DNA of 64,000 nucleotides from Botryllus schlosseri (taxonomy: Eukaryota), in NCBI GenBank assembly GCA_051294905.1, contig CM119371.1:37636001-37700000 (forward strand). Direction: 5' to 3'. The notes beneath the pieces were generated by a model. That model ran no database searches and was not told the DNA's origin. It was given only the letters and a program-made list of their open reading frames with translations. Positions 1-12,648 of this stretch are shown here, in pieces (the stretch's first letter is position 1; each line of letters opens with the position of its first letter). The position numbers were made by a program, and so were the translations under genes.

Positions 1-189
1 AACGGAATAAAAATGAACAAAAACAGGCCTGGTGTAAATGACCATTGTAGTCGACAAACACCATTAATACCATAGACAGTAACTCACCGCGGGCGCCACA
101 GTATAAATTGTGGTGAATTACTGTGTTCGATTGTCTCGTCCGCTACATTTAGTTAACCAATTATTACTCTCTATTACCCGTCCTGTAGT

Positions 190-455
190 TTGTGGTATTC
201 ATGTTGTTAGTCGACTACAATAGTGATTCACACCAGGCCGATATTCCTTACTTTTGATTACGTATAGCTGCCGACTTGTAGCCTGCTGGCCCCTTGTATG
301 CTTTTATAAACACTTCTTATGCGGATAAGATGGCGCGGAAGAGCCTAGATATACTGCCAACACATTGGTAGGTATTCTGGAGTCGACCTCGGTCGGACTG
401 GAAGCCGCAACCCATTGGAGTTGTAGCTGCGGATTATAGCACTACGCTATCTTGC
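190..455 (-). mobile_element. tRNA-derived SINE; a further 3' fragment lies on + at 1-70
   Basis: The minus strand begins GCAAGATAGCGTAGTG, with box A-like and box B-like motifs. The same ~270-bp body recurs at 12920-13170, 50890-51147, 53005-53175 and 58145-59260. Confidence 0.75.
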
Positions 456-937
456 GGCAAGTCTTGCCGCCATAACGTGTCTTCTCCGCTATATATTGTG
501 TCACTCCTAGTTTGTGGTTTCCTGATACTTAGGGTGTTACGTGTAGTGCTAGTTTTCAGTTACCAATAGCCTTGGATCTGTGGATTGAAGGTCATCACAT
601 GAATCAAAAAAAAACATTTTAATCCAAATGATGCTTGCACGTTAGACGTAGGGAGGTATGCACATTGGCAAGTAGCACTTATGACCGCGGTGTAATTCTG
701 AATTAGGTTCTGCTTTCGTGTACTTCCTCTTGGGTATGAATACACACTATTTTGTATAATAGTGTACCACCTCAAGTGCTAATGGTTTAGTCCAGTGGTT
801 CTCAACCTTTTCACCTCGCGGACCGGTAGAATTAAAAAAAATATTTGGTGGACCGGTGGACCTTCAAAAATTGAAATAAATCCAAAATTTGAAGTATGCA
901 ATCGTTTTTTTGTTTTGTTGCAAGTATGGTACTAGAA

Positions 938-2888
938 CAGGGGTGAGCAAATATTTTTAACCCACAGGCCAAATGAAAAGCAGAATATACGTTGGCGGGC
1001 CGAGTCATAAATTATCACAATATTCTGCAGCGTATTAATTGTATTTCTAAATTGAAAGCAGCGAATTACATTGTTAATAGGCCTACATATGTGACTTAGT
1101 GGATGTATAGATATGGGGCTATTATTAAGTGACGGTTAATTATATTTATTTGCCGTCATAATTAAAAACAATGGTAAACATGATACATTTTAAACTCTTT
1201 TCAACCCACAGACACGTTTTTTATGAACACATTAAAATGTATAAGCATTATCTTGTCCCGGCCACTGCCTCCCGAACAGTGTGCAGCTTGGTGAAATCGC
1301 CTTTGTTGTTGATGAAAACCAGGAGTACTTCCAAAATTCGTCCTTCCTTAGCCGAGTGTCTGTCTTCGTGTTTTTGTCATAATACTTCACGGCGACCTGC
1401 TCGCCACAAACTAAAAGGACGCGATCACCCCGGACTCCAGTAAACAAATATTTACTGCTCAAAATCTTCTTGGAATTTCGGCCGTCGGCTTTCGCCTTTC
1501 TTTTTTGGACATGTCCTTCCGTTCATTATTTACAATCACGAGCACTGATTTTGACTTGTTTTACAAATTGAGGATTCGGAAACGTATGACGTGACAATTT
1601 GAAGCATAGATTGTGTAAATGTGACAATGGCAACAAAAAAAGGTTTGAACTAAACTGTATGAAAACAGTGACTTATGCTACTTTATTTGTTACGGCATTC
1701 TTTGCCACATGGCTTTTTTGAATCTAGATTAGTCGTATGACGTAGGGGAGATGTGGTACCGATGGATCACTGGGATCGAAAATACTTTGAAAATTCTCTA
1801 TGATAATTCCATGATTACACTCCGTGAGCTTGTCTACAATTGCATGCTGGCAAAATCTTTCCTCACATACAAAAAAATTCGACGTGCGCGAGCAATGGGG
1901 TCTCTCTCAGATGATTTTTGTTTTAGGGGGTGTAAACTAAATTTAGATCGACACATACATTTTTCTTTGTAACCTTCAAAACGAACAAACCAGCAATCAT
2001 TTTTATTGTGAAGTGTAGGGCTTGTATCAGGCTATATAATGGCACCTATTATTTTTTTCAGTTCTTTCCTTGAGTGGACTTTTTTTCGATTCATGTATAA
2101 AATTCGTAGGGTGGGGACCGATGATACAATAGCCAAATCAAGCAAAATAATCAAGCATACTAATCATGAAACATGCGTACGTACAGAAAATCTTTATGTA
2201 ATAATTTCATGTGATGTTTTATCGCTATAACGAGGTATTCTGAAGTCACGCTGTCGATTTTCGGGCAATATGTATGTACCCTCAAATTTATAAGTCCGAG
2301 CCTAAATCGAAACGTGATTTTATGACAGCATTTGAGTTAATATTTATTCTATTTTTTGACAGTTGCGACCAAACATTCTTCTTTGGCTTGCTGTAGCTTA
2401 GATTATAATACTGAGCAAGAAAAGTAGTTACATTTGAGTTTTTTAGGGTATATGTGTCATAGATCCCCAGGTCGTGTGTCATTGGACCCACCGGGTGGGG
2501 ACCGATGACACGTTCGAGCAACAAATTTTGAACGTCCATAAATATTTTTTGAGAAGACGGATATTCATGGATATGTGCGCGATAGGTAGAGCTTGTATCA
2601 CAGTGCTGAGCCAGCAAAAGATCTGCTGTTTTCAGCTGAACATTTCAGGGCCAGCGATCATTTTCCGATTTTTGATCCATCGGTACCACATCTCCCCTAC
2701 AATATGCTACGTAATTGCGGCAAATAAATAAGCAGGCTTCATAGCGGACGAATGTCCGGTTCAGTTTACACATTCTGGGATTTTAGTCAACGAATTAACA
2801 TTCAAAAGTAGGTTTTATGTTCTGAAGTCCACGTAATTTTCGCAGGCCGCTCAAAATTGCGCCACGGGCCGCTCTTTGCCCGGGTCTG
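938..2888 (-). mobile_element. Non-autonomous hAT (Charlie/SPIN-like) element with a decayed transposase N-terminus at ~1250-1512
   Basis: Termini CAGGGGTGAGCAAA and TTTGCCCGGGTCTG. Flanks TACTAGAA and CACTAGAG. The minus-strand remnant MSKK..ADGR..SKYLFTGVRGDRVLLVCGEQVAVKYY resembles the N-terminus of GTF2IRD2/SPIN-type transposases. Confidence 0.6.
1745..2697. mobile_element. TA-targeting MITE (probably Tc1/mariner-pogo superfamily), nested in 938-2888
   Basis: Perfect 25-bp TIR GGGGAGATGTGGTACCGATGGATCA with TA on both sides. Internal GGGTGGGGACCGATGA repeats near 2108 and 2493. Confidence 0.8.
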
Positions 2889-4427
2889 CACTAGAGAGTG
2901 ACATTTCGAGGGTTTTGTTCTTAAATAAATACGTTCAGGGGAGATTTTACGGTAGTTTGTCTGCGCAGTCGGGTAAAATTGCCTTGCCCAGACACACCTG
3001 CCATCGCCGAGAGTCGATTACTGTCTGTCGCGCCGAAGGTCGTGGATTTACCGACCACAACAGGCTATTTTCTCTTCGACAATATCGATAAAAGAAGCGT
3101 TTCGAATGGGACCAAGCACCTTGTCGTGCTACGTTGCTCATTTCTCACTGCCACCAGACATACTACGAATACAATGCACCTCACGCAAACACCTGGCAGC
3201 AGCGATACCAGGTAATGGACAAAATGAATGAATCGAAAACGTGCAAACTGCGAGGCCGCTCGTATATGTTGTCACCGGCGACGGCTTGCACTTCAAGTCA
3301 AATCGAACATGTTTCCTGACCTAATATTATATCTCACGAAAGTTCTGAATCAGAATAAAATTTAATGTATTTTTTATTTATCAATGGAATCGATTTTACC
3401 ATCTTGCATCTTGAAATTAGGGTATAAAATATCTAATACACTCTAAATCCGCAAGGTCGTATTGAACACTTCATAACACTTTATTCTGGGTACAGACACA
3501 CTTTTTGGGCATATAAACGCTTTGGGCCATTATCGTCGCAACGCTTCTGCGTATTTCTCCGTTTATACGTAACACTTCGCCACTGCGGCTTACTTTCAAG
3601 AAAATTTATACTTGGTAATTTATCATCAATTTCGCATTCATAAACTATCGGTACGTTTGGGGATCACATAAAATCATGGTATATGTAAAATAATATTATT
3701 CAACTGATCAAACCACTAAGTTTAAGGGCAATATTTCAATAAAATACACATATTTCCCTGAGGCGCAGAGGGGTCGCCACCTTAGTTACGGTAGAGTGCG
3801 CTCGATTTCAGTTTGGAATTTGAATTGGTGGTTCGTCAGGCTTCAGGCAGAGAGTAGGGTACACGAAAAGACTTGGCGGAATGGATACATTGAAGCAGTT
3901 TCTGCTATCTGATGGCGTAAAGGATCATGTCATTCATGTACTGTGAGGTATGGAGATGCGGTAAGTGTTATTGAATGTATGTAATGTGAGAATAGTCATA
4001 AAATGAGCCGTTTTGACATTGCAGTAAGGTCGTTTGTTTTAGATGTTTTAGTAGGCTACTGATATCAGTTTTTCATATGAATGTTCTTTAGATGTTTTGT
4101 AGTACCGTATATGATTCGTCTGATCTTATTGCTGGATGATCGAGCTTCGAATCTGATAATATACAAGGCTGCGACCAGGTCCAGTACTACGGTACTGATT
4201 GCAAGCTGCTATCGAACTAACTTTTTTGATATATATAGATAAAGGGATGTTCTCTCTATCCACACTGAAATATCCATGTGTAGGCGATATTGGGGTCCAT
4301 TGTGGACAAGTACTGCAATGTCAGCAATTGAATACCGGTATGACAGTCATGCAACGGTTTTGATGGTTTTTCAAATGCAACATATTTTACACTGTACTAT
4401 TTATTCCAAGTGGTAAGGTGTTAACTA

Positions 4428-5287
4428 ATGCGATTTTTTTTTGACATGTCAAAATAGGTCAAAATTGTGCCAAAATTGTGCCGTTAGGTCAAAAATTGCC
4501 AAATTATTTACAAAGTCAAAATTTTTTTCAGCAACTTGCATTTCGTTTGTATCATAGATGATTGCACTGTCGGTGAACTTATCATTTTACAATTTACATC
4601 TTGCAGCCTACTTTATAGTCTTACCATTGTAGATGGACCATCGTCTGCTCATTGTGAATCATAAACCGTCAAATGAAACAAATGCTCAACGTAGCCTACT
4701 GCAGTATCCTAGCTAAAGCAAGACTGCGTGGGCATTGGTTCTTCTATTAGAAACTGTATGATGAAAAATTGCGATGTAGACAACTTTGTCATAATAAGCA
4801 ACACGGTGTGTCACCTGCAGCTTACGCACAACTTCAGTGTTGCCGGCCAACAACTGCTGCTGGCGGGTGAACGTTCTTTCTCCATTCTTGTCAAGCTACT
4901 TAGTAAGGACAGACACTTTCTACCCGAAAATGTAGGAAAGTATCTTTCGTTATACTACAACTAAGTTTTGATTATTTCTATCATAATACTTGAGGTAACT
5001 AATACTGGAATTCTTAATGGGTCCATATTTCGATAAAATAAGGTTTTTTCATGTAAAAATTTGTCAGTTTTCATGCCAAAAGATTTTTTTCTGGTCAAAC
5101 GACTTCGGAAGAACAGACAGCTTCAGCCAGAAATGAAGATAATTACCGGTATTACAATTCTAACATTATGTGAGAAACACCTAATTTAAGTACATGGGGT
5201 CAAATTAAGTTTTTTATCGTCAAAATATGTATGATTTGGGATTTTGTGGTCAAAACCTTCCCTTTTTATGTCCGAAAAATCGCCCTG
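4428..5287 (+). mobile_element. Non-autonomous hAT element with a transposase C-terminal remnant (copy 1)
   Basis: Ends AAAAATCGCCCTG. It encodes ..ERSFSILVKLLSKDRHFLPENVGKYLSLYYN (~4870-4964), an ERSFS hAT dimerisation-type motif. Homologous to 18602-19477. Confidence 0.7.
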
Positions 5288-6161
5288 ATAATGGCACAGC
5301 CAAACAATCTTTTCCACAAACCATGGATTACAAGGGGTAGTATTTGTTTTGCCAAATACCCAAATTTGACTTTCCTGACTTTATTATGATACGGTAACTC
5401 AACTTAACGCTATTTTGCAGGTAGTATGTATTGAAATTGGCACCTTTTTGAGATGCATTCGCTGCATGGAATACTGGTAATTATCACGGTGTTTTGTAAG
5501 TGAACTGGTATATCCTTAGATAATGAATTTGATTATGTTGCATTCGGTTATCTTCGTGATAAAGATTTTTGTGGATGTTTGCTCATAAAATTTCACTAAA
5601 ATTGTTAACAATCCATGAAGTATACTACCTTTGCCAGAGTAAAATTGGAGGTAACGTCATGTGCAAATTTCCATTCCATTACCTAATTATTCCATGAAAG
5701 AGACCCTTCTGTCATGCACAACTTATTGCAGAAAACAACAACTGTATCCAGTAGGATATCTGCGTGATTACTGAGTAGTTCATCTGTATTGCGAATTTTT
5801 GAAACAGATATTTTCTTTTCAATAGCCTTGGATTGATCCTCAAATTCGTCCAACTGATGTCGACTCTTTGAAAAGAGCCCCCTGGGTCTACCGTGCCTGC
5901 GCTATCAGACAATATTGACAGTGACGTGAGGAGTGGTTCGTAACGGGTTTTGTGCCGGCACAGTCATCGTAGGCGGTACAGACCTTTGTCTCAAGAACCC
6001 ATGGATACATGTGATTATGTAAGCCTATTTATTCATTTTATATATCACCATTGATTATGTAATTTGTTGGTTTTTGCAGTCCTACTTTTCTCATGAACTA
6101 TCTCGCAGAGTAGCCTATGGACTATTTGATATGTGCTGAAAAAGACTTCATCTGTGTACAC

Positions 6162-6750
6162 TAGGGCGGTTCAAAAATAACATTTTTTCCTTAATCTTGC
6201 GGGCTACATGATTAAATCGTCAGGTTACCTTAAAAAACGACGCACACCAAATTTGAATTCATTCCAACCAATATTCGCGGTTTACGTAGAGTTTGAAAAT
6301 TTTGAATTTGCCCAGAAACGCAAAAAAAATTTTTTCTTCAAATTTTTCTGCTAACCCCATGAAATTGTTGGGCTGTCTTCAAAGACTATGCAAAACAAAT
6401 TTGACTCAATTCTAAGCAGTAGAAGTGGAGTTATATCAATTTTTCTTTGATAATTCTGGGATTATCCTTGATCGGTGGATAATCCAAGAATTTTCATCGA
6501 AAAACTGGAATAACTCCACTTCTACTGCTTAGAATTGAGTCAAATTTGTTTTGCATAGTCTTTGAAGACAGCCCAACAATTTCATGGGGTTAGCAGAAAA
6601 ATTTGAAAAAATTTTTCAAACTCTACGTAAACCGCGAATATTGGTTGGAATGAATTCAAATTTGGTGTCCGTCGTTTTTTAGGGTAACCTGACGATTTAA
6701 TCATGTAGCCCGCAAGATTAAGGAAAAAATGTTATTTTTGAACCGCCCTA
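6162..6750. mobile_element. Fold-back hAT MITE forming a near-perfect ~590-bp palindrome
   Basis: TAGGGCGGTTC...GAACCGCCCTA with arms complementary over >250 bp. Exact 8-bp TSD GTGTACAC (6154-6161 and 6751-6758). The empty site is visible in the duplicate block at ~9860-9890. Confidence 0.9.
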
Positions 6751-7725
6751 GTGTACACTGATCACTGAACAGAGATGTAGTTGAACGTAATGAGCTCGTG
6801 TAACTTGTACTTTAACTATTGCTTATTGAACTATAACGGGCTAGGTCAGTGGTTCTCAACCTGGGGGGGCTGATTACCTCTCCTGCGCTTCTGTAACCTA
6901 CCTGTGTGAAATATTTATATTTACTTCTGCATAAAATTACAATTTTCCTTTGGTATTTATCGTATTTTCTAGGAGCAGCATTTGGATTTGACCAGTAAAA
7001 AGATGGATCCGCCATGGCACGCCACGAATCAGGGACTCATCAAGCCTGGGTTGCGGCTGATGGAAAGAATATGAAAAATGTCCTAATGTGCAGGTAGTAT
7101 GTATTGCAATTGGCACCTTTTTGAAATGCATTTGATGTTTAAAATACTGGTAAGCGTCGCAGTGTCTCGTAAGTAAACTGGTATATCCTTAGAAAATGAA
7201 TTTTATTCTGCTGTATTCGGTTATTTTTGAATAGTATATTCATATTGAAATGAACCCGAATATTTTCGGCTGACACTTGTGGCTACGTGGGAAGAACGTC
7301 AAAACGTCTGCAGGAACGCATAAACCAACATGTATCCAGATTCATCAGAACACGTGCTTGACGCTCAGTGAAAAGCTCACCCTTAACTCATCCGCTTGAG
7401 ATTGATGCTGATCGATCAAAGGCCATTAATTCTGCCATCGGCAAACATCTGTTAGATAATCCGATTTGTGCGAATAATTATTGAGACGACCGATTTCGAA
7501 TCGTTGGGTGAGGCCGTTCACAATTCCATTTGTGAGCCTTGGAGTCGACTTTTATCAAAATACACCAACCAAAACTCTGTCAACAAAAGGAGTTCGTGTA
7601 CCACCTAAAAATAGTACATTGAACGCTCTATCATTCACGAAATGTCATGCTGGTGACGTCATATTTTGTGATACGATTGTTGATATACAATGTTCTTTCC
7701 ATTTCTCTACTAGTTGCTGACGATT

Positions 7726-7759
7726 ACCCGTGATGAGTGTCAGCCGAAAATATTCGGGT
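7726..7759 (+). ncRNA. Minimal type I hammerhead ribozyme motif, core mutated (GUGAUGA)
   Basis: ACCC GTGATGA GTGTCAGCC GAAAATATTC GGGT. Confidence 0.6.
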
Positions 7760-7781
7760 TCATTTCCATATGAATATACTA

Positions 7782-9087
7782 CCGTAAACCGGGGTAACTT
7801 TGGACTTAAGGGTAACTTTGGACACTAAGCAGTAAAAGATTTAAATGGTTATTGATGGAAAAGGGTTGCCGCTGGATGTCCAATTCTTTTTCATGTGGCA
7901 ACAGTACCACAAGTAGTCTCAGTAGAAGGTGGATTCATTTCACTACCAGATAAACTTGACCCAACATTGATAAATTAATGGCGGGGGTCAATTTGATCAA
8001 AATTAATGGCCGTTAAACTTCTTACAACCCAACATAGATAGCATGTGATTCATAGATTGAAAACTTGGCAGCAGATACCTCTAAGCAGTCTTAATCCATG
8101 GCAAAAATGTCAGTGGGCTCACCCTTAGATCAATACACGAAAATGTGATGTCCAAAGTTACCCCGTCAAATTTTAACAGAACGGGGTAACTTTGGACAGT
8201 GGAAAATGTGATATTTCGAGCTCTGGAAAGTGGCTGCTTCATCTGTGTCAAAGTGTATGGTCGACTATATTCCTTGTTACCGGTCTGATGGCTTTTTAAA
8301 ATAGAATGAGAAGGTTAATAAATTAGAGTTTGCCAAGATATGAAAAAATGGGTAGGCAATGAGCTGAGAGATTGTAATCTGGTGTAAGCTACTTCAAAAA
8401 CTTATCACATAGTCCTAAAGATGCGCCTGCTGAATATGGGATATCGTAAATGACCACAAATATATCCATCAGAGGAGATTGGAAAGGGAAAGTGTATCTT
8501 TTAAAGAACAGTAATATATTTGAAATCGGCAATAAATCACGTTAACATGTTTAACGTTCGCTGTCGATTGCTGACACTGCCAGTGGGATATCCCTTATCA
8601 CCATACGTTATTTATAAGTCCCAATTGGTGAAGGCATGAAGGAAAATTGAGATAAGAGATGAATAAGGGCCCATTAGCCTTCATAAACTACCTATTTATT
8701 TATTTATTATTTTTTTTTTGGGGGGGGGATTAGGTAAAAATCATGCAATAGGCCAGACATATACTATTCTGTTTCAGTTTTAGCCACTGCTCTCATCAAC
8801 TCTTACCAAATAAGCCACATTTACGAGGTTTCATAAACAATTGAGTGTAAAGGCATACAAAAAAACTACATTGTCCAAAGTTACCCCACATGCAGAGATA
8901 ACTTTGGACACGGATAATATACAAAAATAAGGTACTTATTTTTTACCATGAAGATTTTGGATTAGGTAATTCTAATCTATGCTCCATGACCCATAAAAAA
9001 CACAAAACTTGCCTCCCCTACACCCCAGCATTTCCGAGATACAAAGCGGAATTGTTGAAAATTGGCCAAAGTTACCCCGGTTTACGG
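7782..9087. mobile_element. TA-targeting (pogo-like) MITE nested in the Penelope pLTR
   Basis: TIR CCGTAAACCGGGGTAACTTTGG with TA duplication. Internal GGTAACTTTGGAC repeats. It splits the pLTR motif TATGAATATACTA|TTCAATTG that is intact in other copies. Confidence 0.85.
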
Positions 9088-9340
9088 TATTCAATTGTCT
9101 ATTGTCTATTGAAGTTCTGTACCTCCAAGAAGCTCTTCGGTTATTTTTATGAATGTTTGCTGGTAAAATTTCACTAAAATGATTAGCAATCCAGGAAAGT
9201 ATGCTACAGGTGCTGGAGTAAAATTGGTGGTAAGGTCACATGAAACTTTCCATTACAATAATTAATTGTTCTATGAATGACACCCTTTTGTCACATACAA
9301 TTGTATGTACAATTGTCTGATATCTGCGTGAATACTGAAT

Positions 9341-9515
9341 GCTGGTGATATCATATTTTGTGATACGATTGTTGATATACAACGTTCTTTTGAATTCTCT
9401 ACTAGTTGCTGACGATTACCCCTGACGATTCTCAGCCGAAAATATTCGGGCTCATTTCAGTATGAATATATTATTCAATTTTGTATTTAAATTTTGTACC
9501 TCGAAGAAGCTGTTC
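9341..9515 (+). mobile_element. Solo Penelope pLTR with hammerhead motif at 9418-9451
   Basis: Homologous to 7645-7780. TSD GAATA[C/T]TGAAT (9330-9340 and 9516-9526). Motif ACCC CTGACGA TTCTCAGCC GAAAATATTC GGGC. Confidence 0.8.
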
Positions 9516-12500
9516 GAATATTGAATGGTTCCCTTGTATTGCAAATTTTCAAAACAAGTATTATCTGTTCAACAGTCTTGGATTTATCCTCAAATTCAAT
9601 CGACTGATGTCTCTACCGTGCCTGCGCTAACAGACAATATTGATAGTGACGTGAAGAGTCATCTGAACGGATTTTGTGCCGGTGCAGTCATCTTTTGCGA
9701 TACATACTTTTGTCTCAAGAACCCATGGAAACATGTGATTATGTAAGTCTATTTATTCATTTCATATATCACCATTGAGTATGTAATGTGCTGGTCTCTG
9801 CAGTTCTAATTTTCTCAAAAACTATCTATATATGCGGTATGAGCTGAAGAAAGGCTTGATCTGTGTACCCCTGTACATTGAACAGAGGTGTAGTTGAATG
9901 TAAAGAGCTGATGTAACTTGTATTTAAACTATTGCTTACTGAACTATACTCTTGACTATGTTAACATCAAATTGAGATCATTTCCCATAACCTGCTAATT
10001 CCAATTCATTGTGTTAATTAAATTTAATCAGGAAGGAAGGATTTCGAAAGATTGACAACAGTTACAATTACTGCAATGAACGAAAAGTATTCGACAACTT
10101 CGATAATATGTCACAAAGTTTCTTGTACTAAAGAGTATCAATGTGTCCTTTGTCTGATATATTTTCTCGTCTCAATTCAAAGCAGCTATCAAATCTTAGA
10201 ATCAAAGTTATATGTAAAGTCTACCGTATGTCAATTATTATAATGGAAATCTGAACCCATAGGAACAATGATGCTACTATATTTATTGTCCGGATCTTGT
10301 CTGCAATTAATTATATTTTCAGCAAAACGAAGTTAATGAAGTCAACTGTCTTCTTCTCCGAGCCAAATTGAGAGACAAATGAATATAATCCAAGACCCGA
10401 GCGCATGTCTTATTGAAACAGGTACCGTAATCTTTCTGTGTTGTGGACCGTACAAATTTACATAGACCTGCAACGTTCTGCAATAAATTTCATTCTGAGT
10501 TACAGTTCTGCATTCTCACTGTTGCCTGTGCGTCTGAATGTCAATGTAAGTGTCAAAATGGCCGAATTGATAAAAAGACAGACCTGAATAAAGATATTTT
10601 TATTAGTCATTTTGCTAATTTTAGTCCTGCTCAGTGATAGTATTTCACATGTATCCGAGCGCCTTTCCTGCGCTTCTGTAACCTACCTGTCTAAAAATAT
10701 TTATATTTATTTCTGCATAAAATTTAGAATTTTCATTGACATATTCAAAACTTTGGAATTTAATCACATTTTCCAGGAAAGCAACTTGAAGGCGACCGGT
10801 AAAAAGAAGCAAACACTATGGCACGCCACGAATCAGAGATTCACCGAACCTGGATTGCAGCTGATGGCAAGAATATAAAAATGCTTCAGAGAAAATGGAG
10901 TAGGCCTATTCAGAAACATTGTTGACGTTTTGATCTGCTATGCATTAGATTGTCATACTCTAAAGGAGTGGTTCTCAAACAGGAGAATGCATTTGATGGG
11001 GCGTGAAGCCGCAGTCAACTAAAATCTTTTTCGCACATGGCAGCTTGTTGTTATTTCTCTGTGTATGGTCATAATTTAATATTTGAATATTCTCTCATCA
11101 ACAACCATTACCGTCACTGCCATCCAACTATCCGTTGCGATTTCTAGCGTTCTGGTTGATTTTTTAAATTTCATGTTACGGCGATAAGGGGTGTGTGAAA
11201 TTTTTTGCTAGCATAAGGGGGACGTGTCCAAAAATATTTGAGAACCACTGCCCTAATGACTTCCAGATTTCATTTTTTGCAGCAGACTTGTAAATAACAG
11301 CAAAATCTTTTCTATAAATCTGCAAAATTTGTAGGAACTCAAAGAAACGATTTCTTTGTTGTTTAAACAAAAGTGATTGGCATTAACTTGATATAAATAC
11401 TGGTAATGCAAGCAAGCACTAGAATATTTTTGATGCCTGGATAGCAGGCCCAATTTCACTAAGAGTAAAAAAAATATTTATGTTTGGTTATCGTGGTAGT
11501 GATACTGGTACAATGATACATTCGTTGTTTGTTTATAATAAAATTAGAAATTTACAAACAATATTTTTGATTAATTTTAACGATTTGTGTTGATCATGTT
11601 TTCCGCTAACGGACGTAACCAATTAATTTGATTCCATACCCCTGTCACTAAAGTTTAAGATACCAAATGATATTTTGTTATCTCTATCTCAATGCATTCA
11701 TTTTCATGATTGAGTGAGTTGCATGATATTTGTAGTGAGTTTGCTCTTAATCAATTGTGATGTTCGTGATTTCATGGACTATTTTGGAAACGGTTTCAAC
11801 TATTGATTTGAATTTATGAAACCCTGTCACAGCACCTAATGGAAATTTGGATGTTTGCATGTATTTCATCACCCAGGTTGGGAATTATAAGCGTCATTTA
11901 TTAATGAATCAATAAAATCTGATTTCATTTTGAGCCCTGCGTTCCGGTGACTAGTCAACCAGCCACTTTGAGATTGAACACTTTTTAGGTAAACACTTTT
12001 AATTTAAACACTTCGCAACACTTCTAGGCGTTCAATTTATGGATCACGTTTCGTGTTCATTTTTCCGGGTTTTGCAACACTTCAAAACTTACAGTGTATA
12101 CCTGGCGGACCGGCAGAAGAGTCGTCACGAACCGGCGGTTGAGAACCACTGGTCTAGACAACTTTTAGCTCCACTGGACAGTTTTCAGTTGTTTAGGCTA
12201 AACTATACCAAGCATACTTGCGTTTTACTTACTTGGGAGTCGGTAAGACTACTAGTAATATATTAGAGATTTTTAATGTTACTTCTACTTATACTTGAGT
12301 ATCAATGATAGCTAGTTTAACCACGTCTGTATAACTCGGTATGCCACTACGATAGATCATTGCCCAGTCTTCTGATCTAGAGGATGGGGATGGGAGTTTC
12401 GTATAGTTGAAGTCTTGAGCAGTTTCGCTTGGGGCTTGTAATGAAACTCAATAAGTTGGGAAAATATTTTGTAAAAATTTAGAAATCAGATACGTTAATG

Positions 12501-12648
12501 GACACGTTCCACCGTATGCGTTACGGGAGTAAATCCAGTTTGGCGAACATTAGAAGCTGGCAATGCGACAACACTGCAAACGTAGAGAGGTTCACTAGTA
12601 GTTGAGTGCAGTCAAGAAAGGTGGCTGATGGCAAATTATTGGTGGAAA

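Larger units (their letters stand above)
7229..9135 (+). mobile_element. 5'-truncated Penelope-like element: decayed GIY-YIG endonuclease plus pseudo-LTR, with an inverted partial pLTR at the 5' end
   Basis: 7278-7622 reads CGYVGRTSKRLQERINQH...SAIGKHLLDNPICANNY*DDRFRIVG*GRSQFHL*ALESTFIKIHQPKLCQQKEFVYHLKIVH. 7230-7277 is the reverse complement of the pLTR end. 13-bp TSD TTCGGTTATTTTT (7216-7228 and 9136-9148). Confidence 0.85.
5410..10885. repeat. Old local tandem duplication (blocks A-B-A'-B') interrupted by younger insertions
   Basis: 5410-6850 aligns with 7090-9960 once insertions are removed. 6880-7085 aligns with 10665-10885. Confidence 0.7.
793..12151. mobile_element. Possible outer hAT/Charlie-type element enclosing ~11 kb of nested insertions
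   Basis: Terminal inverted repeats (TIRs) CAGTGGTTCTCAACC at 793 and GGTTGAGAACCACTG ending at 12151. GCGGACCGG subterminal motifs occur at both ends. Flanks GTTTAGTC and GTCTAGAC match at 6/8. The pairing of these two ends is inferred. Confidence 0.4.
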
